Assembly: GCF_002075285.3 (NCBI RefSeq) | Contig: NZ_CP021983.2 | Coordinates: 180,001 to 212,000 of the forward strand | Direction: 5' to 3' | Source of the DNA: Halomicronema hongdechloris C2206 | GTDB lineage: Bacteria > Cyanobacteriota > Cyanobacteriia > Phormidesmidales > Phormidesmidaceae | Length of the DNA: 32,000 nt | Part shown: piece by piece, positions 16,626-26,679 of the stretch | Position numbering within the stretch: position 1 is the stretch's first letter | How the letters are laid out: each line of letters starts with the position of its first letter | Made by a program: the position numbers and the translations under genes | The notes under the pieces: generated by a model | Told to the model about the DNA's origin: nothing | What the model saw: the letters and a program-made list of their open reading frames with translations, nothing else | The model's database searches: none

Positions 16626-16675
16626 ACAGAAGCGAGACAGGTTCACAGGATGAGTGCTTCTCGACTCTCAGACAT

Positions 16676-17155
16676 CTAACTAGGAGCCTTTACCTGACGG
16701 GCCAGATCCTTGTAAGCAGATAGGCTAGGACCTGGGCGCCGACGGCTGTTGTTATTCAGACGAGGATTGACTAGGTACTCCGTGGCAAAATTGCCAGTCG
16801 GTTCCGGAGCAGAGGAAGCTGCAGTAGAAGGCTTAGGAGCAGATGCCTGAGGCTTAGCTCCAGTTTTAACCGTAGTTGCCGTCCCCTTCGCCGAGGATGT
16901 TGACGATAGGCTTGAAGAGGACGCCACAGCTGCCATTTGCGGGGCTGCCTGAGCAGTCTCTGCCTCAGCATTGCCTGACTTAGTCGACGAGGGCGGCTGA
17001 CTACCGCTGCTAGCCTGATCAAGCTCTACATAGTACTCAGCTTTCTTACCCAAGCCAACTAAGCCACCAATAGCCCGAAGGATCCCTCCAATTAGTGAGA
17101 AGACACCTCCAATCAGCGAGAAGAGAGCACCAAAGATTTTCTTGATCAGACCCAT
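16676..17155 (-). CDS. Hypothetical protein with an N-terminal amphipathic Gly-zipper-like repeat, a long S/A/P/T-rich disordered linker and a short conserved-looking C-terminal motif
   Basis: MGLIKKIFGALFSLIGGVFSLIGGILRAIGGLVGLG contains FSLIGG twice. It is followed by ~90 aa of low complexity, then NFATEYLVNPRLNNNSRRRPGPSLSAYKDLARQV. The ATG at 17155 is preferred over the upstream start of the ORF track. Confidence 0.65.
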   Translation of the reverse strand: MGLIKKIFGALFSLIGGVFSLIGGILRAIGGLVGLGKKAEYYVELDQASSGSQPPSSTKSGNAEAETAQAAPQMAAVASSSSLSSTSSAKGTATTVKTGAKPQASAPKPSTAASSAPEPTGNFATEYLVNPRLNNNSRRRPGPSLSAYKDLARQVKAPS

Positions 17156-17298
17156 ATTGCCTACTCCCAACAAAAATATCGATCTAGTGCTGATCTGACG
17201 CTACACTATGCTAGCCAGCGTTCAGTAATTATTAATAAACTATCAAGTTAGGTTACGTAATAGGTCAGGAACCCAGTCATAACTACACAAAAGTTAAC

Positions 17299-17330
17299 AG
17301 AGCGGCTTGTCCTATAGGACAAGCCGCTCT
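17299..17330 (-). terminator. Intrinsic terminator downstream of clpC
   Basis: A perfect 14-bp stem agagcggcttgtcc / ggacaagccgctct with loop tata sits 27 nt after the clpC stop. On the minus strand it is followed by GTTAACTTTTGTG. Confidence 0.75.
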
Positions 17331-17356
17331 CATGATGATGAGTTTAATTTAGCCTG

Positions 17357-19837
17357 TTAGACACCAGCCTGCTCGGCGCCCTGAGCCATCAGTTCTTTGC
17401 GCTCACGGGTCTGAATCTGAACCTTGCCGTCCTCATCAACATCAACGATAGCCGTGTCACCTTCTTGCAAGCGGCCAGAGAGGATTTCTTCCGCTAGGGT
17501 ATCCTCCAGCAGTCGCATGATCGCCCGACGTAAAGGTCTAGCTCCGTAGCTGGGATTATAGCCCTCTTCTACCAGACGATTCTTGAACCGCTCGGTCACC
17601 TCGAGGCTGATACTCTTCTCGGTCAAGCGGCCAAAGACCTCCCGCAGCAGGATATCCGAAATACGCTTGACTTCTTCCTTGGTCAGCTGACGGAAGACAA
17701 TGATCTCATCCAATCGGTTGAGGAACTCAGGGCGGAAGTACTGCTTCAACTCTTCATTTACCAAGGAGCGAATGCGATTGTACTGAGATTCTGCCTGGTC
17801 TTCTTCGAAGTCGAAGCCGAGACCACCGCCTCCTTTCTCGATCACCTTAGAACCGATGTTGGAGGTCATAATCAGCAGCGTATTCTTGAAGTCTACGGTA
17901 CGTCCCTTGGCATCGGTGAGACGGCCATCTTCCAAAATCTGCAACAGCATGTTGAAGACATCGGGATGGGCCTTCTCAATTTCATCGAACAGTACCACCG
18001 TATAAGGCCGTCGCCGCACTGCCTCGGTCAACTGCCCCCCCTCGTTATAGCCTACATAGCCTGGAGGTGAGCCGATTAGCTTAGACACTGTGTGGCGTTC
18101 CATGTACTCTGACATGTCGAGGCGAATCATGGCCTCTTCTGAGCCGAAGAAGTAAGCTGCCAAAGCTTTGGTCAGTTCTGTCTTACCAACCCCGGTCGGT
18201 CCCGAGAAGACAAAGCTAGCAATGGGACGATTGGGATTCTTCAGCCCGACGCGGGCGCGACGAATGGCCCGGGAGATGGCTCTAACGGCTTCGTCTTGAC
18301 CGACCAAGCGTTGATGTAGAGTATCCTCCATGTGCAGCAGCTTCTCGGATTCAGATTCAGTCAGCTTGCTCACGGGCACCCCGGTCCAGGAAGCAACGAT
18401 TTGGGCGATGTCTTCCTCGTCTACGAGAGGGCTATCATCGCCATTGCTGTCTTCCGACTTCTTACTCTGGGCAATGGCACGGATCTCTGCCTTGATCTCC
18501 ATTTCCCGATCTCGCAATTCCCCAGCTTTGTCAAAGTCTTGGGACCGCACCGCGTTGTCTTTCTCTTTGAGCACCTGACGCAGCTCTCGATCGAGCTCTT
18601 TGGCCGCTGGCGGTAATTGGGAATTAATCAGTCGGACCCGCGATCCAGCCTCGTCAATCAGGTCAATGGCCTTATCTGGCAGATAGCGATCGGAAATATA
18701 GCGGTCAGATAGCTTGGCGGCAGCATCTAAGGCCGTATCGGAGATCTTGAGCTTATGATGTTGCTCATAGCGATCTCGTAAGCCATGGAGAATTTCGATG
18801 GTTTCCTCGACGCTGGGTTCTCCCACCATCACTGGTTGGAAACGACGCTCCAGAGCCGCATCCCGCTCAATGTGCTTACGATATTCGTCCAGAGTAGTCG
18901 CACCGATACATTGCAGCTCACCCCGGGCCAGGGCTGGCTTTAAGATATTGGCGGCATCAATGGCTCCTTCAGCGGCCCCCGCACCAATTAGGGTGTGAAC
19001 CTCGTCGATCACGAGGATGACATTGCCGGCAGAGCGGATCTCATCCATGATCTTCTTCAGCCGCTCTTCGAATTCACCACGATACTTGGTACCCGCCACC
19101 AGCAGGCCAATATCTAAGGTGACCACCCGGCGCTCTTCTAAAATGTCGGGAACATCGCCGTTGGAAATCCGCTGGGCTAGGCCTTCGGCAATGGCTGTCT
19201 TACCTACGCCAGGCTCACCAATTAGCACCGGGTTGTTCTTGGTCCGACGCCCTAGGATCTGAATGACTCGTTCAATTTCTCTCTGGCGACCAACGACTGG
19301 ATCCAACTTGCCCTCGGAGGCCATCTGGGTCAGGTTGGAGCCAAACTCATCCAGGGTAGGTGTTTTAGTGCGTCCTTGGCTCCCTCCCGCTGATACCTCA
19401 GCGGTCTCTCCCAGCATTCGAATCACTTGAGTACGAACCTTGGAGAGATCAACGCCCAGGTTTTCTAGGACCCGGGCGGCAACTCCTTCACCCTCGCGGA
19501 TGAGCCCTAAGAGCAGATGCTCAGTGCCGATGTAGTTGTGGCCTAGTTGCCGTGCCTCTTCTAGAGATAGCTCTAGAACCCGCTTAGCTCGGGGAGTAAA
19601 GGGAATCTCGACGGCGACAAACCCCGATCCACGACCGATGATTTTTTCAACCTCAATGCGAGCATCTTTGAGGTTAACGCCCATGGATTTCAGCACCTTG
19701 GCGGCAACGCCGGTTCCTTCTCCAATAAGCCCCAGGAGAATTTGCTCAGTGCCCACAAAATTGTGGCCTAAGCGACGTGCCTCCTCCTGGGCGAGCATGA
19801 TCACCTTGATAGCTTTTTCCGTGAAGCGTTCAAACAT
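17357..19837 (-). CDS. clpC: ATP-dependent Clp protease ATP-binding subunit ClpC
   Basis: Two Clp_N repeats ([14 protein letters not shown] and [14 protein letters not shown]), Walker A motifs GEPGVGKT and GPTGVGKT, and a UVR-like linker ([18 protein letters not shown]). The length is 826 aa. Confidence 0.97.
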   Translation of the reverse strand: MFERFTEKAIKVIMLAQEEARRLGHNFVGTEQILLGLIGEGTGVAAKVLKSMGVNLKDARIEVEKIIGRGSGFVAVEIPFTPRAKRVLELSLEEARQLGHNYIGTEHLLLGLIREGEGVAARVLENLGVDLSKVRTQVIRMLGETAEVSAGGSQGRTKTPTLDEFGSNLTQMASEGKLDPVVGRQREIERVIQILGRRTKNNPVLIGEPGVGKTAIAEGLAQRISNGDVPDILEERRVVTLDIGLLVAGTKYRGEFEERLKKIMDEIRSAGNVILVIDEVHTLIGAGAAEGAIDAANILKPALARGELQCIGATTLDEYRKHIERDAALERRFQPVMVGEPSVEETIEILHGLRDRYEQHHKLKISDTALDAAAKLSDRYISDRYLPDKAIDLIDEAGSRVRLINSQLPPAAKELDRELRQVLKEKDNAVRSQDFDKAGELRDREMEIKAEIRAIAQSKKSEDSNGDDSPLVDEEDIAQIVASWTGVPVSKLTESESEKLLHMEDTLHQRLVGQDEAVRAISRAIRRARVGLKNPNRPIASFVFSGPTGVGKTELTKALAAYFFGSEEAMIRLDMSEYMERHTVSKLIGSPPGYVGYNEGGQLTEAVRRRPYTVVLFDEIEKAHPDVFNMLLQILEDGRLTDAKGRTVDFKNTLLIMTSNIGSKVIEKGGGGLGFDFEEDQAESQYNRIRSLVNEELKQYFRPEFLNRLDEIIVFRQLTKEEVKRISDILLREVFGRLTEKSISLEVTERFKNRLVEEGYNPSYGARPLRRAIMRLLEDTLAEEILSGRLQEGDTAIVDVDEDGKVQIQTRERKELMAQGAEQAGV

Positions 19838-19987
19838 GGCGGTTATCCATCACCTGCTGCGTGCCGGTTACGCTGATTCTAACACAGGCAAAATGGTCGA
19901 CCGTACCTGAATAAACAGGCTAATTTCAGATGGTTTCCCGATCTACCGAGATCACCCGAAAGACCACTAACCCCTTTTCTTGCGGAG

Positions 19988-20002
19988 ATATCTACTAGAT
20001 AT
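19988..20002. promoter_or_regulatory. 15-bp perfect palindrome ATATCTA-C-TAGATAT about 150 nt upstream of the clpC start; candidate operator
   Basis: Read directly from the sequence. Only its position in the clpC 5' region suggests a function. No known box is matched. Confidence 0.2.
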
Positions 20003-20196
20003 AGTGTGAACCTAGCCAGGAGATGGGGAGACTCGGCAGCAGAATTGGTAGCTGGGATTTAGAGCACTGGGATCAAGATAATGGCTCTTAGCCTGAGAGC
20101 TGTCTAAATAAGCGCTAATTGTCTCCCATTCTGTAGAAAATTCTAGAGAAATTGCTCGAGAAGATACAAATTACATCCAAGCAGTAGTTAACGATA

Positions 20197-20808
20197 CTAA
20201 TAAACATTAATTTTTTCAGAAAAACTCGCGTCGTTTGCCAATGGATTGCTAGCAGCATCTCCCTGTAGGATGCGCCATTCTCGACTCTGTAAGCGCTGGT
20301 GGATAGGGATTAGGGTTTGCCGCCACTGGGCTTGGTAATCAGGGTGTCTGAGGCCGCTCCGCCACAAAATCATGGCATCTTCGTCATCTGCGTAGTAGTG
20401 GTGGCGGCGACCCGCCTCAGTGAAACCAAATTTACTGTAAATGGCTAGGGCGGCCTGATTAGAAGGACGCACCTCCAACGTAGCGCGAGCTAACTGACGA
20501 TGGTGGGCCCGCCAGAGCAATTGCCCTAGTAACCACTGACCTAGGCCTAGGCCGCGGTGGCTAGGGGCAATACCTAATAGGGTGATGTGGGCTTCATCTA
20601 GGATGGCCCATAGGCTGCCAATGCCAATGATGGCCTCAGTCGCACCAATCGCCTCGGGCCGACTCAGAACGATGAGATCACTATTGGGGCTATCTAGTTC
20701 GCGACGATAGCCATCTAAGCTCCAAAGGCCACCAAAACATAGTTGATCAAGATGAACAATAGCCGGTAAGTCGATATTGGTCAGAGGGCGACAAATCAGT
20801 CTGGGCAT
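20197..20808 (-). CDS. rimI: Ribosomal-protein-alanine N-acetyltransferase RimI (GNAT)
   Basis: IRPLT-type N-terminus (ICRPLTNIDLPAIVHLDQLCFGG.W), ITLLGIAPSHRGLGLGQWLL, LEVRPSNQAALAIYSKFGF, YYADDEDAMILW. The ATG at 20808 is preferred to the ORF start at 20871. Confidence 0.85.
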   Translation of the reverse strand: MPRLICRPLTNIDLPAIVHLDQLCFGGLWSLDGYRRELDSPNSDLIVLSRPEAIGATEAIIGIGSLWAILDEAHITLLGIAPSHRGLGLGQWLLGQLLWRAHHRQLARATLEVRPSNQAALAIYSKFGFTEAGRRHHYYADDEDAMILWRSGLRHPDYQAQWRQTLIPIHQRLQSREWRILQGDAASNPLANDASFSEKINVY

Positions 20809-20997
20809 GGGTGTCGAGGAGAGACAGCTGCAATTGTACACTGATGTATTGGAGCCATTGACCGGTGGCAATGCACCGCTTGCGGAGGTGGCTGACGTAA
20901 CCCTTAAATGGCCAAGATTGTGATGGTATCAGCGATTCCAGCAGATCAACAAAATTCGAGCTATCGCTATTTGACTGTCAATGGCGGAACGTCTGAA

Positions 20998-22344
20998 ATG
21001 TCTCGATCTCCCAATCAGAGCCTGTTGCCCCTGACAGCTGAGGTAAACCAGCAGGAGCATTTACAGGTAGGGGGATGTGATGTGCCTGCTTTGGTGGCCC
21101 GGTTTGGATCGCCTCTTTATGTGTTGGATGAACAGTCTCTGCGGACGGCCTGTCGTCAGTATCGCCAGGCGTTTGAGCACTATTATCCAGGACAGGCGCT
21201 GGTACTATACGCCTCTAAGGCATGGAGTTGCTTGGCCGTATGTGCGATCGCAACCCAAGAGGGCTTAGGCATCGACGTGGTATCAGCGGGAGAACTGGTG
21301 ACAGCACTCCAAGCAGGTGCCCAGCCCAGTCAGACATACTTCCATGGCAACAACAAGTCAATGGCAGAACTGCAGCTGGCCCTGGAAAGCCAGTGTCGGG
21401 TGGTAGTAGATAACTGGTATGAGCTGCGCTGCTTGGCTCAATTGACCGCAGAGATCGCCGCTCCCCTGACTATCTTATTGCGGCTCACCCCTGGCATTGA
21501 ATGTCATACCCACGACTACATTCGCACCGGCCATATTGATAGTAAATTCGGCTTTGATCCCGATCAGCTGGAACAGGTTTTTGGCTTCGTCAGTCAGCAG
21601 CCAGGGTTACGATGCATCGGCTTACATGCCCACATCGGCTCGCAAATCTTTGAGCTGCAGCCCCACTATGACTTAGCTGCCGTCATGGTGAGTTGGCTCC
21701 AAACCGCAGCCCGCTATGGCTTGGCCATGGAAGAGCTAGACATTGGCGGGGGGCTTGGCATTCGCTACACCGAAGCGGATGATCCGCCCAGTATCGAAGC
21801 CTGGGTCAAGACTGTTTGCCAGGGGGTGGTCGCTGCCTGCGAAGCCAGCCAGCAGCCCCTACCGCGTCTGCTGTGTGAACCGGGCCGCTCCCTGATTGGA
21901 ACCGCCTGCGTCACGGCTTATACCGTAGGTAGCCAAAAGACGGTGCCTGGGATTCGCTCCTATGTGGCGGTAGATGGCGGCATGTCTGATAATCCTCGTC
22001 CCATTACCTACCAATCCGTCTATCGGGTGCTAGCCGCCAGTCGCATGGCGGCTCCTTTGAGCGACACCGTGACCCTAGCCGGTAAACACTGTGAGTCAGG
22101 AGATGTCGTAATCACCTCCGCCCAGGTGCCTCCCCTCATCGCAGGAGAGGTCATCGCCATCCCGGCAACGGGTGCCTACAATTACAGCATGGCGTCTAAC
22201 TACAACCGAGTGCCACGCCCTGCGGCAGTACTCGTCGGCGGCGGTGACGCCCATCTGATTATTCGGCGGGAGACCCTGCAGGATTTGATTCGGCAAGATT
22301 GTTTGCCAGATGCTCTAGGGGTCTCATCTGAGGAAGGTACGTAG
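20998..22344 (+). CDS. lysA: Diaminopimelate decarboxylase LysA
   Basis: LYASKAW (PLP lysine region), HAHIGSQI, DIGGGLGI, CEPGRSLIG, GKHCESGD and TGAYNYSMASNYN. The ORF opens at 20908, and the ATG at 20998 gives a typical length. Confidence 0.92.
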   Translation: MSRSPNQSLLPLTAEVNQQEHLQVGGCDVPALVARFGSPLYVLDEQSLRTACRQYRQAFEHYYPGQALVLYASKAWSCLAVCAIATQEGLGIDVVSAGELVTALQAGAQPSQTYFHGNNKSMAELQLALESQCRVVVDNWYELRCLAQLTAEIAAPLTILLRLTPGIECHTHDYIRTGHIDSKFGFDPDQLEQVFGFVSQQPGLRCIGLHAHIGSQIFELQPHYDLAAVMVSWLQTAARYGLAMEELDIGGGLGIRYTEADDPPSIEAWVKTVCQGVVAACEASQQPLPRLLCEPGRSLIGTACVTAYTVGSQKTVPGIRSYVAVDGGMSDNPRPITYQSVYRVLAASRMAAPLSDTVTLAGKHCESGDVVITSAQVPPLIAGEVIAIPATGAYNYSMASNYNRVPRPAAVLVGGGDAHLIIRRETLQDLIRQDCLPDALGVSSEEGT

Positions 22345-22485
22345 AGTTGGTGCCTTGGCGCGTCACCTGTAGACGTGGGGACATCGGGCTCCGAGGCTAG
22401 ACACCGTAGATTTCGAGCCTAATCAAGCTGACAATCGTACGCTATAGACCTAGCTACTGTTCCAATCAAGGCCCAACCGACTGAC

Positions 22486-23409
22486 ATGGATCGCCCCTGG
22501 GAGCAATGGCTGATACACCTGGATAGGTTTCGACTTGTGCTGCTTCCAGCTTTAGATATCATCCTAGTGCTGTTGTTGACCTACATGGTTCTGGTCATCA
22601 TTGGCGAGCGCCGCACCCTGTGGATGGTACGAGGGCTCATTTTTTTGATGCTAGCCGCTGCATTGAGCAAGGCCCTAGGCTTACAGCTATTGAGCTTTGT
22701 CCTAGACAAGCTCGTCATCGGCTCGGCGGTGGCCATGGCGTTTATCTTACAGGGGGAATTTCGGCGACTTTTGGAGCAAGTTGGTCAAGGGCACCTGAGG
22801 CAGCTGTTAAGTCCATCCCATGAGCCCATTCCCCAGCCTGACAATGTCATCGATGAAATTGTCGATGCCGTCAAAGAGCTATCGCAAAATCGTACCGGCG
22901 CCCTGATGATTCTGGAGACCGACCAACCGATTGACGAACGGGACTTCTCGGTACCAGGGGTGCGCCTCAATGCCGAAGTGTCTAAGGAGCTGTTGCAGAC
23001 CATTTTCCAAACCAGTACCTTGCTCCACGATGGGGCCGTCCTGATTCGGGCCTCTCGGGTCATTGCGGCCGGGGTGATCTTGCCCATTTCAGAGCGGTCT
23101 GCCTCTCGTCAGCTTGGGACTCGCCATCGGGCCGCCATGGGGATCACCGAACGGGTGGAGCATTGTCTGTGTGTTGTGGTATCAGAGGAAACGGGTTCCA
23201 TTTCTCTGGCCGAACAGGGTATCCTAAACCGGCCACTCACCAGCAGTAAATTACGGGAGTTGTTGCGGGCCAAGTTTTCCCGGTCTGTCGAGCGGGATGT
23301 GGTGGCGCCCCAACTCCGTAGCTTAGGGAAGCGTCTTGGCCTTCAGGGACTCTCCTTCCTGCAACGCTTGCTTCGACTGCCATCGTCGGCCTCTCGGAAA
23401 AGAAAATGA
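22486..23409 (+). CDS. cdaA: Diadenylate cyclase CdaA (membrane-anchored DAC domain)
   Basis: N-terminal TM helices followed by DAC motifs: [41 protein letters not shown]. Confidence 0.92.
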   Translation: MDRPWEQWLIHLDRFRLVLLPALDIILVLLLTYMVLVIIGERRTLWMVRGLIFLMLAAALSKALGLQLLSFVLDKLVIGSAVAMAFILQGEFRRLLEQVGQGHLRQLLSPSHEPIPQPDNVIDEIVDAVKELSQNRTGALMILETDQPIDERDFSVPGVRLNAEVSKELLQTIFQTSTLLHDGAVLIRASRVIAAGVILPISERSASRQLGTRHRAAMGITERVEHCLCVVVSEETGSISLAEQGILNRPLTSSKLRELLRAKFSRSVERDVVAPQLRSLGKRLGLQGLSFLQRLLRLPSSASRKRK

Positions 23410-24155
23410 CCATTCAGCCTGTTGTTCCTCCCCCATTGCCGACCGATTTAGACCGGGATCGCCTCCCTAGACATGTTGCTGTCATTATGGATGGCAATGG
23501 CCGCTGGGCAAAGCAGCGAGGATTACCTCGCATCATGGGCCATCGCCGTGGCGTGGATACGCTGAAGAAGCTGTTGCGCCACTGCCGGGACTGGGGCATT
23601 GAAGCCCTGACTGCCTATGCCTTTTCCACGGAGAACTGGGGCCGGCCCGTGGAGGAGGTGGACTTCCTCATGACCCTATTTGAGCGGGTATTGCGGCAGG
23701 AATTGGCGGAAATGATAGCCGAGGATGTGCGGATTCGCTTTGTGGGTAATTTGGGAGCCTTACCCCAGTCTCTGCGCCATGAAATCGATCGGGCCGTCGC
23801 TGATACCCAGGGCAATAGTGGAATTTGCTTCACGGTGGCGACCAATTATGGCGGCCGCCAGGAAATTTTGCAGGCCTGTCGTGCGATCGCAACCCAGGTT
23901 CAAGACGGCATCCTCAAGCCTGAAGATATTACTGAAGACCTCTTTACCCGCCACCTCTACACGGCCGAGGTCGGCGACCCCGACTTGCTGATCCGCACCA
24001 GTGGCGAAATGCGGATCAGTAACTTTTTGCTGTGGCAACTGGCCTACGCCGAAATGTATGTCACCGAAGTGCTGTGGCCCGACTTCGACGACCATGAATT
24101 GCATCTGGCCCTGCATGCTTACCAGCGACGAGAGCGTCGTTTCGGTAAAGTCTAA
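23406..24155 (+). CDS. uppS: Isoprenyl transferase / undecaprenyl-diphosphate synthase UppS
   Basis: [27 protein letters not shown] and [23 protein letters not shown]. The ATG overlaps the cdaA stop (ATGA at 23406-23409). Confidence 0.95.
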   Translation: MTIQPVVPPPLPTDLDRDRLPRHVAVIMDGNGRWAKQRGLPRIMGHRRGVDTLKKLLRHCRDWGIEALTAYAFSTENWGRPVEEVDFLMTLFERVLRQELAEMIAEDVRIRFVGNLGALPQSLRHEIDRAVADTQGNSGICFTVATNYGGRQEILQACRAIATQVQDGILKPEDITEDLFTRHLYTAEVGDPDLLIRTSGEMRISNFLLWQLAYAEMYVTEVLWPDFDDHELHLALHAYQRRERRFGKV

Positions 24156-24169
24156 TCGGTAAAGTCTAA
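24142..24169. repeat. Perfect 14-bp tandem duplication TCGGTAAAGTCTAA x2 that includes the uppS stop codon
   Basis: Read directly: 24142-24155 and 24156-24169 are identical. Confidence 0.95.
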
Positions 24170-24215
24170 CGCTGGCCCTGGCTCGATTGCCGTCTATACA
24201 GCATTTCCTTACTGG

Positions 24216-24665
24216 GTGAGGTACAGCCTATCTGCTGATATCAGCGGCATGAGTGACTCGGTAGAGATACTAGATCTGCTCAACCAGATGGAGGTTCCCC
24301 CCCAGAAGCTCATGGGGGAGCGCTGTTCCCAGAGCACTTGGGAAAACGCTTTATTCTCTGAACTATTGCTGGAACCCCGTCAGATCGATCGGATTGTATT
24401 GGTGACCGATCCAGCCCATATGCCCCGAGCCTATCTGGTTTTCGAGCGCTTTGGTTTTGAGGTGTTTACCCATCCTTGCCACCAGTTTGATTCCCCCGTC
24501 TCCCTGGCTCGCTCTCAGCGCATTTTGCGAGAATATATCGCCCTGGCTAAATACGCCCTAGCCGGTCAGTTTTGGCCCCAGGCCCAGCCCCAAGAAGCGC
24601 AATTGGTTGCCCGGGCTGATGCCCAGCTGCAGGATTGGCAATGCGACTTAGTCGGCGCCCAGTAG
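24216..24665 (+). CDS. DUF218 (YdcF/ElyC/SanA-like) domain protein lacking the N-terminal third of the family; possibly a gene remnant
   Basis: VPPQKLMGERCSQSTWENALFS matches the GVP..I..E..S.nT.ENA core, and RIVLVTDPAHMPRAYLVFERFGFEV matches the LVTs..HM.RA segment. The N-terminal TM helix and the VVLGGG segment are absent, and only 60 nt separate this ORF from uppS. It opens at a GTG at 24216, and the first ATG is at 24249. Confidence 0.55.
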   Translation: MRYSLSADISGMSDSVEILDLLNQMEVPPQKLMGERCSQSTWENALFSELLLEPRQIDRIVLVTDPAHMPRAYLVFERFGFEVFTHPCHQFDSPVSLARSQRILREYIALAKYALAGQFWPQAQPQEAQLVARADAQLQDWQCDLVGAQ

Positions 24666-24739
24666 CCCCCTACTAGTCAGCCATTAATAAATGGTTGTTA
24701 CTGTCATGAATAATTCTCGGAAAGGGCTATTATGCTTGC

Positions 24740-25669
24740 TTGGGTAACGCTCGTAGACCGATGGTCGTTGCCCAGATGCCGATAGTCTCCCTCTCCATGG
24801 AAAATTTGCTACAAGAAATCCAGACCAGTCTGTTGAGTCTGGTCGGTGACATCACTAAGGCCCTGCCAGGTCTCCTCGTGGCCATTGTGGTGGTGCTCCT
24901 AACCCGCTATGGCGCCAACGTTGTGCGCCGGTTCACTGCTACCCTGGCCTCCCGTGTCCTGAGTAATCGCTCCCTGCAATCACTACTGGTGCAGACCAGC
25001 TACATTGCCGCTTGGGTAGTAGGTATCCTGGCGGCTGGTATTATTGCCTTTCCAGATCTGGGGCTGGGGGATCTGATCGCCCTGCTGGGGCTAGGATCTG
25101 TGGCCATTGGCTTTGCCTTCCAGGACATCTTCAAAAATTTTCTGGCCGGGATCTTGCTGCTATTACAACAGCCCTTTCGCATCGGGGATCAGATTATTGT
25201 CAATGAGTTCGAGGGTACCGTCGAGACTATTGCGCTGCGGTCCACTCAAATTCGCACCTATCGAGGCGAAGAGGTGGTTATCCCGAATTCCATTGTCTTT
25301 ACCAGTGCCCTGCAGGTGATGACGGCCTATGCCTATCGTCGCACTGATCTAGATATTGGCGTTGACTACAACACGCCGTTGCCCTTGGCCGTAGAGACCC
25401 TGTTAACTGCAGTACAACGAGTGGAACGGGTGCTCGAGACCCCCAGGCCAGAGGTCGACATCGTTGGCTTTGGGGATAGCTCTATTAACTTAGTGGTGCG
25501 CTACTGGACTAGCCCGGAGCAGAAGTGGGTACGGCAGGTCAAGACCCAAGTGATGATTGCCCTGAAGCAGGCCTGCGACCAGGCCGATATTGTCATTCCT
25601 TATCCGATTCGCACGGTGTATCACTTTGATCAGGAACGATTTAATGATCACTATCCTCTCGATTCCTAG
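24740..25669 (+). CDS. Small-conductance mechanosensitive channel (MscS family)
   Basis: Three N-terminal TM helices, then the pore-helix and beta-domain signature GLGSVAIGFAFQDIFKNFLAGILLLLQQPFRIGDQI...GTVETIALRSTQIRTYRGEEVVIPNS. The ORF opens at a TTG at 24740. In-frame ATGs at 24761, 24776 and 24797 are alternative starts. Confidence 0.9.
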   Translation: MGNARRPMVVAQMPIVSLSMENLLQEIQTSLLSLVGDITKALPGLLVAIVVVLLTRYGANVVRRFTATLASRVLSNRSLQSLLVQTSYIAAWVVGILAAGIIAFPDLGLGDLIALLGLGSVAIGFAFQDIFKNFLAGILLLLQQPFRIGDQIIVNEFEGTVETIALRSTQIRTYRGEEVVIPNSIVFTSALQVMTAYAYRRTDLDIGVDYNTPLPLAVETLLTAVQRVERVLETPRPEVDIVGFGDSSINLVVRYWTSPEQKWVRQVKTQVMIALKQACDQADIVIPYPIRTVYHFDQERFNDHYPLDS

Positions 25670-25685
25670 GTGAGGAGAGTGAGAG

Positions 25686-26615
25686 TCAGAGCAAGATGCC
25701 GTAGCGAGGACCGCGCACGGTAACAGTAAGGTGCAGGCTCCGCAGTTGTCGCATCAGGGTAATGAGCAGGCGCAGTGCCGGCAAGATCACCATGGCGCGG
25801 CCCAATTCCATGGCCGGGAGGTCGGCGCGCTGGTGCAGGCTGAGATGGTTCAGTTCGTCGTAGAGCATCTCGAAGTCCTCGAGTTCGAAGCAGTGGCCAT
25901 CGATGCGGCGACTGTCGTAGGTGGCGAGGTTCAGCATCAGGGCCGCTAAGGTTGTGGGAGTACCACCGGTGACTAATAGCGGTAGGGTAGTGGCCGGGAT
26001 CGACTGGAATACTTGGGCCAGGTAGACGTCCATGGCTTGGGCAATTGGTCCTGGAATGCGATCGCAAATTTCGAACCGTTCCCGCAAGCTCACAGCCCCC
26101 ACCGGCAAACTCCAACTGGCCTCAATATGGCCCTGCTGCCCCATGACCACCTCGGTGCTGCCGCCGCCGATATCAATCACCACCGCTCCCCCGGCAGGAA
26201 TCTGAGCCGTGGCGCCGCGAAAGGTGTAATGGGCCTCTTCTTCCCCGCTCAAGACCCGAATGGACCAGCCCAACTCCTGCTGGACTCGCTGCTGCAGAGT
26301 AGCGGTATTTTGGGCCTGACGCAGGGCAGCCGTGCCGTAACAAACGGGGTGATCAACGCCATACTGGCTTAAGATTTGGCCGTAGTCCCGCAGCACCATG
26401 AGGGTGCGGGCCATGGCCGCTTCAGATAATTGGCCGCTGGCCACCACCCCTTCCCCCAGATGGGTGGTGCGGGCCAAGTCCACCACGGGGTCCAAGTGAC
26501 CATGGCGGTACTGGGCAATCAACAACAGGGCAGAATGGGAGCCAATATCAATGGCCGCTAAGGGGGCAATCGGGGCAGTGGGCATCCGCACATCTCCAAG
26601 GGTGCCGGTTTGCAT
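25686..26615 (-). CDS. Ppx/GppA-family phosphatase (short form, ASKHA domains only)
   Basis: AAIDIGSHSALLL (phosphate-1 loop), VVIDIGGGSTEVV, and VSLRERF. It is ~300 aa with no C-terminal HD-like domain. An alternative ATG is at 26585. Confidence 0.88.
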   Translation of the reverse strand: MQTGTLGDVRMPTAPIAPLAAIDIGSHSALLLIAQYRHGHLDPVVDLARTTHLGEGVVASGQLSEAAMARTLMVLRDYGQILSQYGVDHPVCYGTAALRQAQNTATLQQRVQQELGWSIRVLSGEEEAHYTFRGATAQIPAGGAVVIDIGGGSTEVVMGQQGHIEASWSLPVGAVSLRERFEICDRIPGPIAQAMDVYLAQVFQSIPATTLPLLVTGGTPTTLAALMLNLATYDSRRIDGHCFELEDFEMLYDELNHLSLHQRADLPAMELGRAMVILPALRLLITLMRQLRSLHLTVTVRGPRYGILL

Positions 26616-26679
26616 TATCTCAGGGATCGGGGCAGCCCAGGGACCAAGACCTGGCTGTTAACACTGATAATCTCTGACT

